In this document: one piece after another, positions 11,825 to 26,308 of the stretch
Numbering within the stretch: position 1 is the first letter of the stretch
Layout of the letters: every line of letters begins with the position of its first letter
Position numbers and translations under genes: made by a program
The notes under the pieces: generated by a model
What the model was told of the DNA's origin: nothing
Databases searched by the model: none
What the model saw: the letters and a program-made list of their open reading frames with translations, nothing else
Assembly: GCF_009914755.1 (NCBI RefSeq)
Contig: NC_060925.1
DNA: 64,000 nt
DNA from: the human T2T-CHM13v2.0 reference genome, Homo sapiens
Reading direction: 5' to 3' (one strand)

Positions 11825-14800
11825 CTACCTGTTTCCACAGTCCCCTTTCTTCTCCTTAAGGGAGGCAGGAAAGAGCATACACAGACTTTGGAGTCAGATA
11901 TATCTTGGGTCCGATCCCAGTTATTCAAATTATTGTGAGTTTTAGTGAGCTTTTTCACCCCTCTGAGCTACAGTTTTATCACAGTGCTTCTCACTCTGTC
12001 TTTTAATTGTAACTCACAGTACATTCCTCCAGTCAACAACATCGGCATCACCTAGGGGCTTGTTAGAAATGCAGAAGCTCAAGTTCTGTCCCAGACCTGG
12101 CAGTATTTTCAGGTGATTTGTTTGCACATTTAAGTTTGAGAGAGTCTGGTTTAATTATCTGTCTCTACAGAATGTGAGTTTGTTGAAGACTGGGATTGTT
12201 GCTGGTTCAGTTTCTATGGGCCAAGCCCCAGCACAAGGCCAGTTACCCATTAGTAAGGATTTGTCAGGGGAGTGAATGAATAAATGAATGGAGATGCCTC
12301 AAGGAAAGGTACTTGACTGGGTTGGGAAACTGAGAGGTGATGACTATAGAAGGACTTTCACGGTTTTAGGTACCAGTATTAACTCTGCCCAGATGTTTAG
12401 CTGCTGAGACAAATCCCTTGCCCTTAGGGAAAAAGCCACTCTTTTCTGTTTTCTCCCATTAGAGCGTCACAGCAGTGGTGACAATCCTGTAGACTTGACT
12501 TAAGCGCTTTTGGATGAACAAAATTCTTAAAATTACTCTGTTATTGGTTACCCAAGAGATGGCAACATGTACCTTGACTTATAACAGAATAATATAAATG
12601 ATCACTTTTATTGCTTTTAATACTGGAATCTTAGAATGTGCTCACTGCATTTATTGAGCTTCAATTTTTTGCATTTATGTTGCATGCATTTTAATTCTTA
12701 ATACATTTAAGCCCCAGAAGACATGACATCATTATTTTACAGAGTCTGTGTTCATTTATATTTATTCACATATTTACCGTTTCTGTTGGTGTTCAATACT
12801 TTGTATAATTTCATGTTTCCCTCTGGGATCATTTTCCTTGTGTCTAAAGAATTCTTTAGCATTTCTTTCAGTACAGGTTTGCTGGTGATAAATTCTCTGT
12901 TTTGTTTGCCTAGTAGACATCTTTATTTTACTTTCATTTTTGAAGCATATTTTTGCTGGTATAGAATTATAAATTGGCACTTATTTTCTTTTAATACTTT
13001 ACCTGAAGATGTCACTCCATTGTCTTCTGACTTCCATCATTTCTGTAGAAAAGTAGGCTGTAAACCTTTTTTGTTGTGCCATTAAAAATTCTCTTTTTTC
13101 TGCTTTTAAGATTTCTTTGTCTTTGTTTTCACCAGTCTTACTGTGACGTATCTTAGTGTGTTTTCTTTGTGTTTGTTCTGTTTGGGGACACAGAGCTTCT
13201 TGAAGCTGTAGGTTGATGACCATAATCAGTTTTAAGAATGTCCTAGCTATTATCTCTTCAGATTTGCTTCTATCTTGTCTCTGTTTCCTCTTTTTTGCAC
13301 TCTGATTACACAAATGTTAGATCTTTTCACTGAGCCCCATATGTTTTCAATGCTTTTTTTCTGGGTTTTATTTTTTTATTTTTTTTTCTATGCTTTGGTT
13401 TAGATATTCTAATTCACTGATCCTGCTTTCTATTTGTTGTCTCTAATCTGCCATTTAATGTCTATTGAGTTTTTAATGTTATTGTTCGGTTTTTCCTTTT
13501 TGAGAATTTCCATTTGAATCTCTTATAGATCTAAATCACTGGTGCAATTATTTTATTCATCATTTAGTTAATTTTGTCCACATTTTCCTCTCTGTTCTTA
13601 AACATATTAATTATAGTGTTTTAAAATTCTTACCAACTTTTAATATATGGATAACCTGCAGATTTGTTTCTGTAGTCTGTTCTTTCACTTGGTTTGGGAT
13701 CCTGTGTTCCTGCCTGTGGGTATACCTGGTAATTTTTATGTTTTTATTTTTATCTTTTTGAGACAAGGTGTCACTCTCATTAAGGCTGAAGTGCAGTGGC
13801 ATGGTTATAGCTCACTGCAGCCTGAAACTCCTGGGCTCAGGTAATCCTCCCATCTCAGCCTCCTGAGTAGCTAGGTCTACAGGCATGTGCCACCATGCCC
13901 AGCTAGTTTTTTGTTTTTGTTTTTGTTTTGAGACAGCGTTTCACTATGTTGCCCACACTGGTCTCAAACTCCTGGCCTCAAGTGGTCCTCCCACCTTGGC
14001 CTCTCAAAGTGTGACTTTTATTCAGTGATGAACATTATGTGAAAAAAACACACACACACAGAGGTCCAGACGATGTTATTTCCTCCAGAGAAAATTTATC
14101 CTTCACTTCAGAAGGCACATAGAGTCGTGGCTGATTACCTTAAACGGGCAGTGACCACACTGAGAGTTGAGGATGGTTTGCAATCCTGGAAAGTCTCAGT
14201 CTACCTCTAGTTTGCCCTAGATTCTCTAGGATTTTCAACTGAGAGCTTGGTGTATTCTACAGAGTCCTTTCCCCTGATAGGTTCCAAACTCTAATCTTTT
14301 ATCTCTCAAAAGCTGCTAAAAAAAATCACAACAAAGACAAAAATTCCACTCTGCTTTTTCCGAGGCTTTCTGCTTAGGTTTTTTTGGCTTCAGGCCCCAC
14401 ACAGCCCCAGACTTCTGCAGAAGTGCTGAGGGAAAACCTGGCCATGTGTTCTGCTGATCTGCAAGTGTCTGCCCAAAGCTCTGCTAGCTTATCTGACTCC
14501 CAGCCAAGTTTTTCAGCCTTCTGCCCATGTTTAGAATCAGCAAATGCCTCCAGGGTAAAAATGGCTGTAGAAGGGCAGCTTACCTTTCCTAGGTTCTTTC
14601 CTTTCTGGAGTCTTAGCCCTCTAATTCGATTACTTCAGCAGCTCTCTACTGTCATCACAGATAGTTTCTGAATTTTAGCAGACATTTTAGTAGTTTTAGG
14701 TAAGGATACTGGTCTTCCATGAGCTATTTCTTTCAACTTGAGAGTAAAAGTATGGGCCTATGTCTTTTTATAATCAGCATCTAGTACAGGACCCAGAATC

Positions 14801-16850
14801 TAGAAGATACTCTATAAATGCTTTTCAAATTAATGTGTGAATGAATAAATGATTGATTTTCTACTCTAACAAAAGGATAGTTAACCTATTTAATTCAACA
14901 AAGTAGATAATCCAGAGATCCTTTCAACTTGGCTTTTTAAAGTCCTGTTTACATTTTTAACAACTTTATTGAGGCATAGTTGACATACAACCAACTTCAC
15001 ATACTTTACAATTTGATTAGTTTTGACATGTGTGTATACACTGGGAAACCCTCACCACCATCAAGACAGTGAACACTAGCAGGGTACCGTAGTTCATGCC
15101 TATAATCCCAGCTACTTGGAAGGCTGAGGCAGGAGGATCCTTGAGGCCAGGAGGTTAAGACCAGCCGGGGAAACAGCAAGACCCTCTCTGTAAAAACACA
15201 CAAAAATTAGCCAGGCATGGTGACACATGCCTGTAGTCCTTGCTACTTTGGAGGCTGAGGTTGGAGGATCCCTTGAGCTGAGGAGTTCAAGGCTGCAGTG
15301 AACTATGATTGGGCTACTGCACTGTAGCCTGGGTGGCAGAGCGAGACCCTGTCTCTTAAAAAAAAAAAAGAATTGTCAAATTTGTTGGTATAAAATAATT
15401 TATAATATTTCCCTATTATCTTTTTAATGTTTGTAGAAATTGTAGTGGTGTCACCTTCCGTGTGTCTTCTTTTTTTTCATGATCAGTCTGGCTAGAAGCT
15501 TATCAGTTTTATTGATCTCAAAGAACTAGCTTTTGGTTTCATTGATTTTCTTTTTTAAGAATTAGATTTATTTATTTTTATTTTTAATTTTCATGAGCAC
15601 ATAGTAGGTGTATATATTTATGGGGTACATGAGATGTTTCAATAGAGGCCTGCAATGTGAGGTAAGCACATCAATGGGGAATGGGCTTTCCATCCCCTCA
15701 AGCATTTATCCTTTGAGTTATAGACAATCCAATTACACTCTTATTTTAAAATGTACAATTAACTTATTATTGACTGTAGTTACCCTATTGTGCTACCCAT
15801 TTCAATGATTTTCTCCATTGCTTTTCTGTTTTCTATTTCCTTGATTTCTGCTCTGATCTTTATTATTTTCTTTCTTTGGTTTATGTTACATTTCATTTTC
15901 TCTTGTACTACTTTCTTAAAGTAGAAGCTAAGGCCATCGATTTGAAACTTTTCTTTCCTAATAGAGGTGTTTAATGCTATAAAATTCCCCTTAAGTATGA
16001 CTATTTTAGCACATTTCAAAATTTTGATGTGTTGTTTTCATTTTCATTCAGTTCAAAATACTTTCTATTTTTCCTTTTGATCTCTTCTTTGACCCGTGTA
16101 TAACTTAAAAGTGTGTTATTTAGTTTTCGAATATTTGGGAATTTTTCAGGCTTTTTGTTGCTAATTTTTAATTTAATTTCATGATGGTTAGAGAACATAT
16201 TTTGTGTGATATAAGTTCTTTTAAATTTATTGAGTCTTGTTTTATGGTTCAGTATGTGGTCTTTCTTGCTGAATGTTCCCTGTATACTTGAAAAAAAAAA
16301 GTTCTGTTTTTGCATGAAATGTTCTATAAGTCTTAATTAGATCAAGTTCATTGATTGTGTTGTTCATGGTCTTCTATATCCTTACTGATTTTCTGTCTAA
16401 TTTTTCTAGCAATATTGAGAGAGAGAGATATTGAAATATCTATCTACAATCGGGGCATTGTCTATTTCTTTTTTCAGTTCTGTTAGTTTTTACTTCATGT
16501 ATTTTAAAACTCTGTTATTAGCTATAAAAACATTTAGGATTGTAGTTTTGATGATCATTTTGAAATTATCTTCTTTGCCCCTAGTTATATTCTTTCCTCT
16601 GAAATTTACTTTATTTTTTATGAATATAACCAATCCAGCTTCTTTTTTGGTTCATGTTAGCATGGTATATCATTTTCTATCCCTTTGCTTTTATCCTATT
16701 CGTGTCCTTATATTTAAAGTGGGTTTCTTGTAGTCAGCTAGGTCTTGACTTTTTTAAAGGTCTCCAGGTGGCTCACGCCTGTAATCCTAGCACTTTGGGA
16801 GGCCGAGGCAGGTGGATCCCAAGGTCAGGAAATCGAGACCAACATGGCTA

Positions 16851-17084
<234 letters not shown>

Positions 17085-17645
17085 TTACTTGGGGTCTTTA
17101 AGCCATTTACAGTTAATGCAATTATTAATATGGTTAGACTTAAGTATATTTTATTCTATTTCTCCCATATGCTTCTTGTTTCCCCTTTCCTGTATTTTGC
17201 CTCTTTTGAACTATTGAATGTTTTTTATGATTCTATTTTATCTCCTTTGTTGGCTTTTATGTTGTAACTCTTTTAGTAGTTGCTTTAGGGTTTATAGTAT
17301 ACATCTTTAAATTATTACAGTGTATCTTCAAATGATAGTATATCATTTCATATGTAGTATAAGAGCTTTACAATAATATACTACTATTTCTTCCCTCCTG
17401 GCCTTTATGTTATTGTGGTTATGCATTTTATTTTAATGTATATTATAAACCCCACCCTACATTATTTTTGTTTAAACTGTCAATTATCTTTTAAAGAGAT
17501 TTAAATAAATAAGAAAATTGTATGTATTTATTTATGTCATTACCATTTTCAGTGTTTTTTGTTTCTTTGTATAGACCCATATTTCCCTATTTCCATCTGT
17601 TACCATTTTCCTTCTTCCTGAGGACTTCCTTTAACATCTCTTATA

Positions 17646-20260
17646 GGCCGAGCACAGTGGCTAACACCTGTAATCCCACTTTAGGAGGCCAAAGTGGGAG
17701 GATTGCTTGAGGCCAGGAGTTCAAGACCAGCCTGGGCAACATAATGAGACCCCATCTGTATTAGTTCCTTTTCACACTGCTGATAAAGACATACCTGAAA
17801 CTCGGAGAGAAAAAAAAAGAGATTTAATTGGACTTACAGTTCCACATGGCTGGGGAGGACTCAGAATCATGGCAGGAGGCAAAAGGCACTTCTTAGATGG
17901 CGACAGCAAGAGAAAATGAGGAAAAAGCAAAAGCAGAAACACCTGATAAACCCATCATATCTCATGAGACTTATTCACTACCATGAGAATAGCATGGTAA
18001 AGACCAGCCGCCATGATTCAATTACCTCCTCTTGGGTCCCTCCCACAACACATGGGAATTCTGGGAGATGCAATTCAAGTTGAGATTTAGGTCAGGACAC
18101 AGCCAAATCATATCATTCCACCCTGGCCCCTCCAATTCTCATGTCCTCACATTTTAAAACCAATCATGCCTTCCCAACATCCTCCAAAGTCTTAACTCAT
18201 TTCAGCATTAACCCAAAAGTCCACAGTCCAAAGTCTCATCTGAGACAAGGCAAGTCCCTTCTGCCTATAAGCCTATAAAATCAGAAGCAAGCTAGTTACT
18301 TCCTAGATACAATGGGGGTACTGGTATTCGTTAAATACAACCATTCCAAATGGGAGAAATTGGCCAAAACAAAGGGGTTACAGGGCCCATGCAAGTTTGA
18401 AATCCAGCAGGGCAGTCAAATTTTAAAGCTCCAAAATCATCTCCATTGACTCCAGGTCTCACATCCTCACATCCAGGTCACACGGATGCAAGAGGTGGGT
18501 TTCCATGGTCTTGGGCAGCTTTGCCCCTGTGGCTTTACAGGGTACAGCCTCCTTCCTAGGTGCTTTCATGGGCTGGCATTGAGTGTCTGCGGCTTTTCCA
18601 GGCACATGGTGCAAGCTGTCAGTGGATCTACAATTCTGGAGTCTGGAGGACAATGACCCTCTTCTCACAGCTCCACTAGGCAGTGGCCCAGTAGGGACTC
18701 TGTGTGGGGACTCTGACCCCACATTTCCCTTCCATACTCCCCTAGCAGAGGTTCTCCATCAGGGCTTCACCCCTGCAGCAAACTTTTGTGTGGGCATTCA
18801 GACGTTTCCATATATCTTCTGAAATGTAGGTGGAGGTTCCCAAATCTCAATTCTTGACTTCTTTGCATCCACAGACTCAACACCATGTGGAAGCTGCCAA
18901 AGCTTGGGGCTTCCACCCTCTGAAGCCACAGCCTGAGCTGTACATTGACCCATTTCAGCCACAGCTGGAGCGGCTGGGACACAGGGCACCAAGTCCCTAG
19001 GCTGCACACAGCGTGGGGACCCTGGGCCTGACCCATGAAACCAATTCTTCCTCCTGGGCCTTCAGGCCTCTGATGGGAGGGGCTGCCATGAAATTCTCTG
19101 AAATTCTCCATTGCAGAGAATGTTAATCCCCATGGTCTTGGGGATTAACATTAGGCTCCTTGCTACTTATGCAAATTTCTGCAGCTGGCTTGAATTTCTC
19201 CCCAGAAAATGGGTTTTTTTTTTCCATTGCATTGTCAGGCTGCAAATTTTCCAAACTTTTATGCTCTACTTCCCTTATAAAACTGAATGCCTTTAACAGC
19301 ACCCAAGTCACCTCTCAAATGCTTTGCTGCTTAGAAATTTCTTCTGCCAGATACCCTGAATCATCTCTCTCAAGTTCAAAGTTCCACAGATCTCTAGGGC
19401 AGTAGCAAAATGCCACCAGTCTCTTTGCTAAAACATAACAAGAGTCACCTTTGCTCCAGTTCCCAACAAATTCCTCATCTCCATCTGAGACCACCTCAGC
19501 CTGAATTTTATTGTCCATATCACTATCAGCATTTTGCACAAAGCCATTCAACAAGTCTCTAGGAAGTTCCAAACTTTCCCACATTTTCCTGTCTTCTTTT
19601 GAGCCCTTCAAACTGTTCCAATCTCTGCCTGTTACCCAGTTCCAAAGTTGCTTCCACATTTTCAGGTATCTTTTCAGCAGAGCCCCACTCTACTGGTACC
19701 AATTTACTGTATTAGTCCGTTTTCATGCTGCTGATAAAGACATAACTGAAACTGAGAACAAAAAGAGGTTTAATCAGACTTACAGTTCCGCATGGCTGGG
19801 GAGGACTCAGAATCATGGCAGGAGGCAAAAGGCACTTCTTACATGGGGACGGCAAGAGAAAATGAGGAAAAAGCAAAAGCGGAAACCCCAGATAAACCCA
19901 TCAGATCTCGTGAGACTTATTCACTATCATGAATAAGTCTAGCACGGGAAAGACCGGCCCCCATGATTCAATTACCTCCCCCTGGGTCCCTCCCACAACA
20001 CATGGGAATTCTGGGAGATACAAATCAAGTTGAGATTTGGGTGGGGACACAGCCAAAGCCTATCACCATCTCTACTAAAAAATAAAAAAAATCGGCCAGG
20101 CATGGTGGCATGCATCTGTAGTCTAGCTACTCAGGAGGCTGAGGTGGAAGGATTGTTTGAGCCCAGGAGTTAGAGGCCATAGTGAGCTATGATCATGCCA
20201 TTGCAGTCAAGCCTGGGTGACAAAGTGAGACCCTGGCTCAAAAAATAAATAAATAAATAA
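17646..20260 (+). mobile_element. Alu (J-like) split in two (17646-17756 and 20066-20260) by a THE1 insertion
   Basis: Left arm ends ...gagaccccatc and resumes ccatctctactaaaa after the THE1. Confidence 0.85.
17757..20065 (-). mobile_element. Full-length THE1 MaLR element (LTR 17757-18115, internal 18116-19707, LTR 19708-20065)
   Basis: Two ~360-bp direct LTRs tgtattagt...tatca, internal MaLR sequence, 5-bp TSD ccatc. Confidence 0.9.
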
Positions 20261-21066
20261 AATCTCTTTTAGTACAAGTATACTGGATATGAATTATTTC
20301 AGTTTTTGTCTATCTAAAAAAGTTTTCTATTTTGCCTTTGTTTTTTAAATGTATTTTTGCTGGGTATAGAATCCTGGGCTGACTGTTTTCCCCACTGTCT
20401 GCAAAGGATGTTGATCCCCTGCCTTCCCACGTACCCTGTTTTTAATGGGAAGTCTGCTGTCAGCCTTGTCTTTGTTCCTATGTGTCTTTTTCTCAGGCTG
20501 CTTTTTAAGATTTTCTTTTGGTCACTATTTTTGAGCAATTTGGTTATGATGTGCATTGCAGTTTTTTTGTGCTGGGGCTTCATTGCTGAAGCTTCCTGTA
20601 TCAGTGGGTTTATAGTTTTCATCAAGTTTGGAAATTTTTCAGCCTCCTTTGGGGAGTCCAATATCTCATATTTTAGGCTGCACTGAGGACTGGAAACTCT
20701 CAAAGCACTAAGCCAGGATAAGCATAGGACTCATTTTGTTTCTCATCTCTCAGGGATCGTCATCCTTGGTTGCCTTGTTTCATACATTTTTGTTAGTTCC
20801 AGTGAGAAGATAAATATGGACTCCATCTTGTTACTCCATCTTGGCCAGAAGCAGATGTCACTTATGTTTGTATTTTAAGACACAGTTTGACCAGCCTGGT
20901 TATGTGTTTTTTTTTTTAATTAAAAATAACTTGTGTTAAGGACACATTGAATAGCAGTGTAAAACTGGATATCTAGCAGCCAGTTTGAATTTAGAACTTG
21001 GCCATAGATATGGAGAATTGGAAGATGACATAGAAGCTGATTATAATTGATCACAATCTGCGTAGA

Positions 21067-21240
21067 GCAGTGGTTCTCAACCTTGACCCTACATTTGAAT
21101 CACCTGAGAGAGTTAAAGAGCACTGATGATTCAGACCCACCCCAGCAGTTCTGATCTAATTTGTCTGGAGCCTGGCCTGGACATCAGGATTATTGGAAGC
21201 CCCCAGGTGATTTTGATATCCAACCAAGGTAGAGTCACAG
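21067..21240. mobile_element. MER5-type hAT DNA transposon remnant
   Basis: cagtggttctcaacc...gaatcacctg...ccccaggtgatt. Confidence 0.65.
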
Positions 21241-21343
21241 GTGAAGTGGACAGCTCCTGATAGTCCTCTACATGTTCACATGTTCACAGCCATCTCTAAT
21301 CCTCTTCCTGTCATTCTTTTCTCCACGTCCTCCCTTCCCCCAG

Positions 21344-21480
21344 CAAAGTCCAGGTTCTCTATGGGGGGACAGACCTGTTTGACTATGAAGTGCGCAGGAC
21401 GTTCAACAATGACATGCTCCTGGCCTTCATCAGCAGCAGCTGCATTGCTGCCCTGGTCTACATCCTCACCTCCTGCTCAG
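21344..21480 (+). CDS. DISP3: DISP3 coding exon 3/20 (TM2, start of SSD)
   Basis: ccccag|CAAAG...CTCAG|gtaggg; KVQVLYGG...YILTSCS; 137 nt. Confidence 0.95.
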
Positions 21481-22322
21481 GTAGGGCTTCTCTCAAGCCA
21501 GCCCCCTCCTCCCCTCCCAGGGTGCTCCTGTCTGCCCAGAGCCTGCCTTCTCAAGAATGCTGCAATACTCTTGAGCCCAGCATGTCAGAGCTGGGGACAC
21601 AGGGATATGCACACAAATCATCTTCCAACCCCAAACAGGCAGACTGAGGCCTGGAGGCAGGTTGGGCTGTACCAGCCCGGGTCACACCCTCTACCCTGGG
21701 CCCCTGCACAGTTGGACCTTTTGCCTGTTGACCATCTTTCTCCTATTGATAGCCTTGTGCTGGGGAGTCTGGGGTATTGTATTCCTTTGTGGATTACTTT
21801 GTAGCCTATTTTGGAGTCCCAAGTCAACTGCCATCTGCCCCCCGATCACTTTTTCACCTCCGTGTGCCCCTGGATACTAGCTGCTGCTTACTCCTGTCTG
21901 TATACAGTAGGCACACTCTACTGCCCAAGCAGACAAGACAATGGTAATACTTTCCAAAATGGAAAAGACATTCATTCGTCCATACAACAGATATTTACTG
22001 GGCACCAAACTATATGCCAGATGCTGTAAGGTGCCAGGGATCCAGACACAGTTCCTACCCCCAGGTAATATGTAATGTTCACAAGGCTCTTGAGGTAAGG
22101 TCTGCAAAGAGGAGGACAGTCTGCCACTTGGGCCTCCTGCCCGGTGCCCTTTTTGGTTGTGGAAAACAGAATTGGCCCTGTGCCTGTGCTGGGAACAGAG
22201 TGGTGAATGGTGACCAGGGTTGGGGAGGAGAGACAGGACCCAGCTGAGGTCAGGGACTCTAGTGGGGTTTGTGTCCCATGAGGGTCCCCCCACCGTCTCC
22301 CTGTGTCTCTTACCCTGCCCAG

Positions 22323-22457
22323 TGTTCCTGTCCTTCTTTGGGATTGCCAGCATTGGTCTCAGCTGCCTGGTGGCCCTCTTCCTGTACCACGTGGTCTTTG
22401 GTATCCAGTACTTGGGCATCCTGAATGGGGTGGCCGCCTTCGTGATCGTGGGCATTG
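22323..22457 (+). CDS. DISP3: DISP3 coding exon 4/20 (TM3-TM4)
   Basis: gcccag|TGTTC...CATTG|gtgagt; VFLSFFG...FVIVGI; 135 nt. Confidence 0.95.
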
Positions 22458-22954
22458 GTGAGTCGCCTCTGTTGTCATGGCAGTGCGCCTCCCACATGGG
22501 AAGTCTGCCCCATCCCCTTTCTCCCTGGATACAAAGCCTGGCTTCCCTGGGGGCTCTACACAGCGCCTGCTGAGGCCTAGAGCCTTGGAGTGCAGGGTTA
22601 GAATGTGGGTGGTGGGCGGATCCTTGGCATAGGGTGAGTGGAGAGAGCAGGAAGGTTTGCTGGATGGAGGTGAGGATGGTGGGAAAGGCCCAGGAAGTGT
22701 GGGAAGGAGGTCAGGATGTGGGGGAAGGCGCCTAGCTCTGGGTGAGGTTGGGGCCAAGGAGTGTGGTGGGTGGGGCTTGAACTCTTGGTGGGAGGAGCCA
22801 ATCAGAGGGGTCTCTCCAAACTGTAAGCTCAGAAGCAGGACTCCTGCAGCCTGACCTCCCAGGAGGCCACTCACACTTGGTCTAGGGCCAGGTTGGGCCT
22901 AATCCTGGAGACAGCAGAATAATCCTGAGCCTGGCTGGGGACTCCCTCCCACAG

Positions 22955-23115
22955 GTGTGGACGATGTCTTTGTGTTCATCAACACCTACCGCCAGGCCAC
23001 CCACCTGGAAGACCCACAGCTGCGCATGATCCACACCGTCCAAACTGCAGGCAAGGCCACCTTCTTCACCTCCCTGACCACAGCCGCCGCCTACGCAGCT
23101 AACGTCTTCTCCCAG
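22955..23115 (+). CDS. DISP3: DISP3 coding exon 5/20 (GxxxDD motif, TM5)
   Basis: ccacag|GTGTG...CCCAG|gtgcgg; GVDDVFVF...ANVFSQ; 161 nt. Confidence 0.95.
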
Positions 23116-24416
23116 GTGCGGACCTGTCCTCCATTCCTGTCCTGGCCTCCCACACGCTCATGCATACCTAGCCGCTGGTCTCTGCCCTTCCCACCACCGC
23201 TTGAGTGGCCATATAGCCTTCACCTCAAGGTACTTGCCCTGGCTCTAGAGTTCATTTTTGTCACGAATCACCCATTACCCAAACTTAACAAGTGGGAATA
23301 TTATAATAATCCAGACAGCATGCATTAGGGATCCTCAGTAGTAGTAATCCAGCCTCCACCCTGGAGGACATTTGGCAGTTTCCAAAGCTCTTTCTCGTTT
23401 AATCTTCATTACCACGGTAATTGACAAAGGTACAATTACCATCCTATTTTCCAAAAAAGAAACTTGGCCCCTGAGAGGTAAAGTGACTTCCTCAGGATCA
23501 CACAGCAGATAAGTGAGAAGCCTGACCAAGTCCATAGTGATTCCCCTTCTGCCTGCTTCTGGCTGCATTTTCCTCCCTTGTGCTGACTTCCTCTTGCTGC
23601 CTCTGAGTGGGGCTTAGGAGAAGGCATTGAGCCCAGGCTGGGTCCTTGGTACAGAAAGACAGTGAATTGGCCCAAGTCTTTGAGAAACTTTACGACCTGG
23701 GCTGAGTAGCCCCTCTGGAAACCAGTAGATGCTTTAGGATTATCCAGGTCCTTCTAGAGAATCACTTCTAGAAGGTAGGCAGAGCTGGGTTCAGCTTCTG
23801 CAGTGTGACCTTGGGCAGGCTGTGTGACCTCTCTGAGCCTCGCTTTCCTCATGTGTGGATTATCCAGGGACTGAGATGCGAGGATGATTGTGAAAGTGTT
23901 TCACAGAGTGTAGGCTGCTCTGTTGGTGGCTACAGCTTCCTTCCAACTAGCACCTCCCTGTGTGGTCCCTGTCATACTTCTGGAACATACCCATTGCTCC
24001 TAGTCCCCAGGGTCCCTGCCTCCGTCATGTGGCAGCATTCTCTCCCTCCCCCTCACTAGCACATGGCCTGGTCTAGCGGGATGTGTCTTCCTCTGTCCCC
24101 CATTCATTCGCGTAATGACAGCTACTGACCACTGCCTCTGTGCCAGGCACTGTTCTGGGCAGTGGACTGCAGATAGACAAGAGCCTCCACTTGAGGTGGG
24201 GACCCTTCCTGTGCTGCTGTGTCCTCTGACACCAGCCCTTGGCTCCTGGTGTCCTGTGAGGCTAGTGCCTGGCATTCTGGCAGCCTGGGCCTCCTCCTAC
24301 TGCCTCAGTCTGGGCCAGATCTGGGGTCCTGAGTGTCTCTGGCTGCAGGGGGCACCCAGGCCCCCTGACTGCAGGTCCAACCTGTCCCACATCCCTCTCT
24401 TCCTTTCCATCACCAG

Positions 24417-24556
24417 ATCCCAGCCGTCCACGACTTTGGCCTGTTCATGTCTCTCATCGTGTCCTGTTGCTGGCTGGCCGTGCTTGTCACCATGCCTGCA
24501 GCTCTGGGCCTCTGGAGCCTCTACCTGGCACCACTGGAGAGCTCCTGCCAGACCAG
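24417..24556 (+). CDS. DISP3: DISP3 coding exon 6/20 (TM6)
   Basis: caccag|ATCCC...ACCAG|gtaagt; IPAVHDFGLFMSL...SSCQT; 140 nt. Confidence 0.95.
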
Positions 24557-26308
24557 GTAAGTCGGGCAGGGCCTCCACCCACAGCAGGGTATCCACAACA
24601 GGCCTCTATGAGCCACTCAGTGCAGCAACCTCTCTTCCAAAAGCCTTCTGTATGACCAGTCCTTTGCTAGGCAGGGAACAGGGAAGGAGAAGATGCTTCC
24701 ATCCAATAACTGCAATTTGGGATCACCAGTGTCACCAGGAAGTGAGCAAAGCACTTGTGTCCAAGATCTTATGACATCACCATTCACTTCCCAAAGAACC
24801 CTGGGAGCTGGGTTCTCTTGCTGTGCCCATTTTACAGATAGAAAACAATGACTCAGGGAGGTTGGGCAGCTTTTTCAAGGTCACCTATTTAGTAGGCAGT
24901 AGAGCCTGGATTTAAACCCAAGAACTCTGCTTCCAGATCCCATGCTCTTAGCCACCATGTTAAGTGTCCTCAGGTTCTCATCTTTAGATGTAGTGAGACG
25001 TGTGCAGAGTTGAACGGGTCAGTTCAGAGTTGCTGCTGGAGGTTTAGGGGGAAAGACCTTGTGGGCCTGGTGGTTGGGAAGATGGAGGTGGATGGTGGTG
25101 GAGTTGAATCAGGCCTGGGTGGCTGCCTGGGGTTGGGAGGATGGAGGGTCTCTGGGCTTGGAACAGGGCCCACTCATTGTGATAAAGGCCTTGGTCAGTC
25201 GTGTTCAGGGACCCATGACAATGTCCGCTCGCCCATGGTGAGCCCCAGAGGGGCTGGAGGGAGAGAAGGGCCCAGCGAGGAGCTTAGACTTGGGCCTGAG
25301 ATGGACTCCTCAGCTCTCCCCACTCACATCTTCACCCTTCAGGACCCCGCTGTGGTGGTGCAGGTTGGCACTGCACACAGGTGCCCCGGCGGAGGCACTG
25401 CTCTGTGTACCATGGGTGCTCAGATTTGACTGTTTTCCGTGACAGTTTCATGATATAGAAGCAGCGTCATGGGGAAAGGGCGCCTTTTCTGATCTCTACA
25501 GAGATGCAAAATAAGCCCCACGTCTGCCCCCCGGCCTGGGGCTGTCTCCCCAGTGGTCCTATTGGGCACAGTCGTCTTCCCAGTCAGTCAGATGTGGGCT
25601 TCAAGCCCAGCCTCCTCCCTCGGCAGCCATGAAACCCTGGACAGGTGACTTCACCTCTGCATCTCAGTTTCCTTTTCTGTGAAATGGTTGTGATGTCAGC
25701 AGCACTGTGATACCTGGGTTCATCTGTGTGTGAGTCCCATGAGGATTAAGTGAGATAATCCACGCAGGGCTCCCAGCTCACTGCTGGCACGTGGCAGTGG
25801 TATTAGCCACACACACAGCGCTCGTATCAGCCGTGAGGATTATTCTGGTGCCCAGTCCCTAGGTTGAGCCGCGTCTCTCATGTGTTCACTCCAGCTGAGA
25901 CCTCGGCCACGCAGCTACACCCTCAGCCCAGCCCTGTTCCCTCCTCCTGGCTCCCCTGAGTATTAAGTTGGAGGCAGAGCCCCTGGGCCACACAGCAGCA
26001 GAGGAATGAGTCCCCTGATTTGATCACCTTAGTGCCCGGGCCACTGTGTGTTGTCATCCCCTCTTCCTGGGTAATGTTTGCTGTCACCATTTGTCTCTCT
26101 GGAGGAAGACTGGCACCTGAGGGCCCTGGGGTAGATGGTACTAGAAAGAAACCAGGTGACCAGCTCCCAGAAGTCTGGGGTGCTCATCCTGTGTGTGACG
26201 TCAGCAGCACTGTGATACCTGGGTTCATCTGATCCTCAGGGCCCTGCCCCACCCTCCCTGGGTACCCAGGACCCTCTGGTTCACCCCTGTCCCCTACTCT
26301 CTCCACAG

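Noticed and set aside
17840-19805. PRDM9 hotspot motif in the THE1 LTRs
   Set aside because: Both LTRs read CCTCCCCAGCCAT on the - strand, not the hot CCTCCCTAGCCAC form
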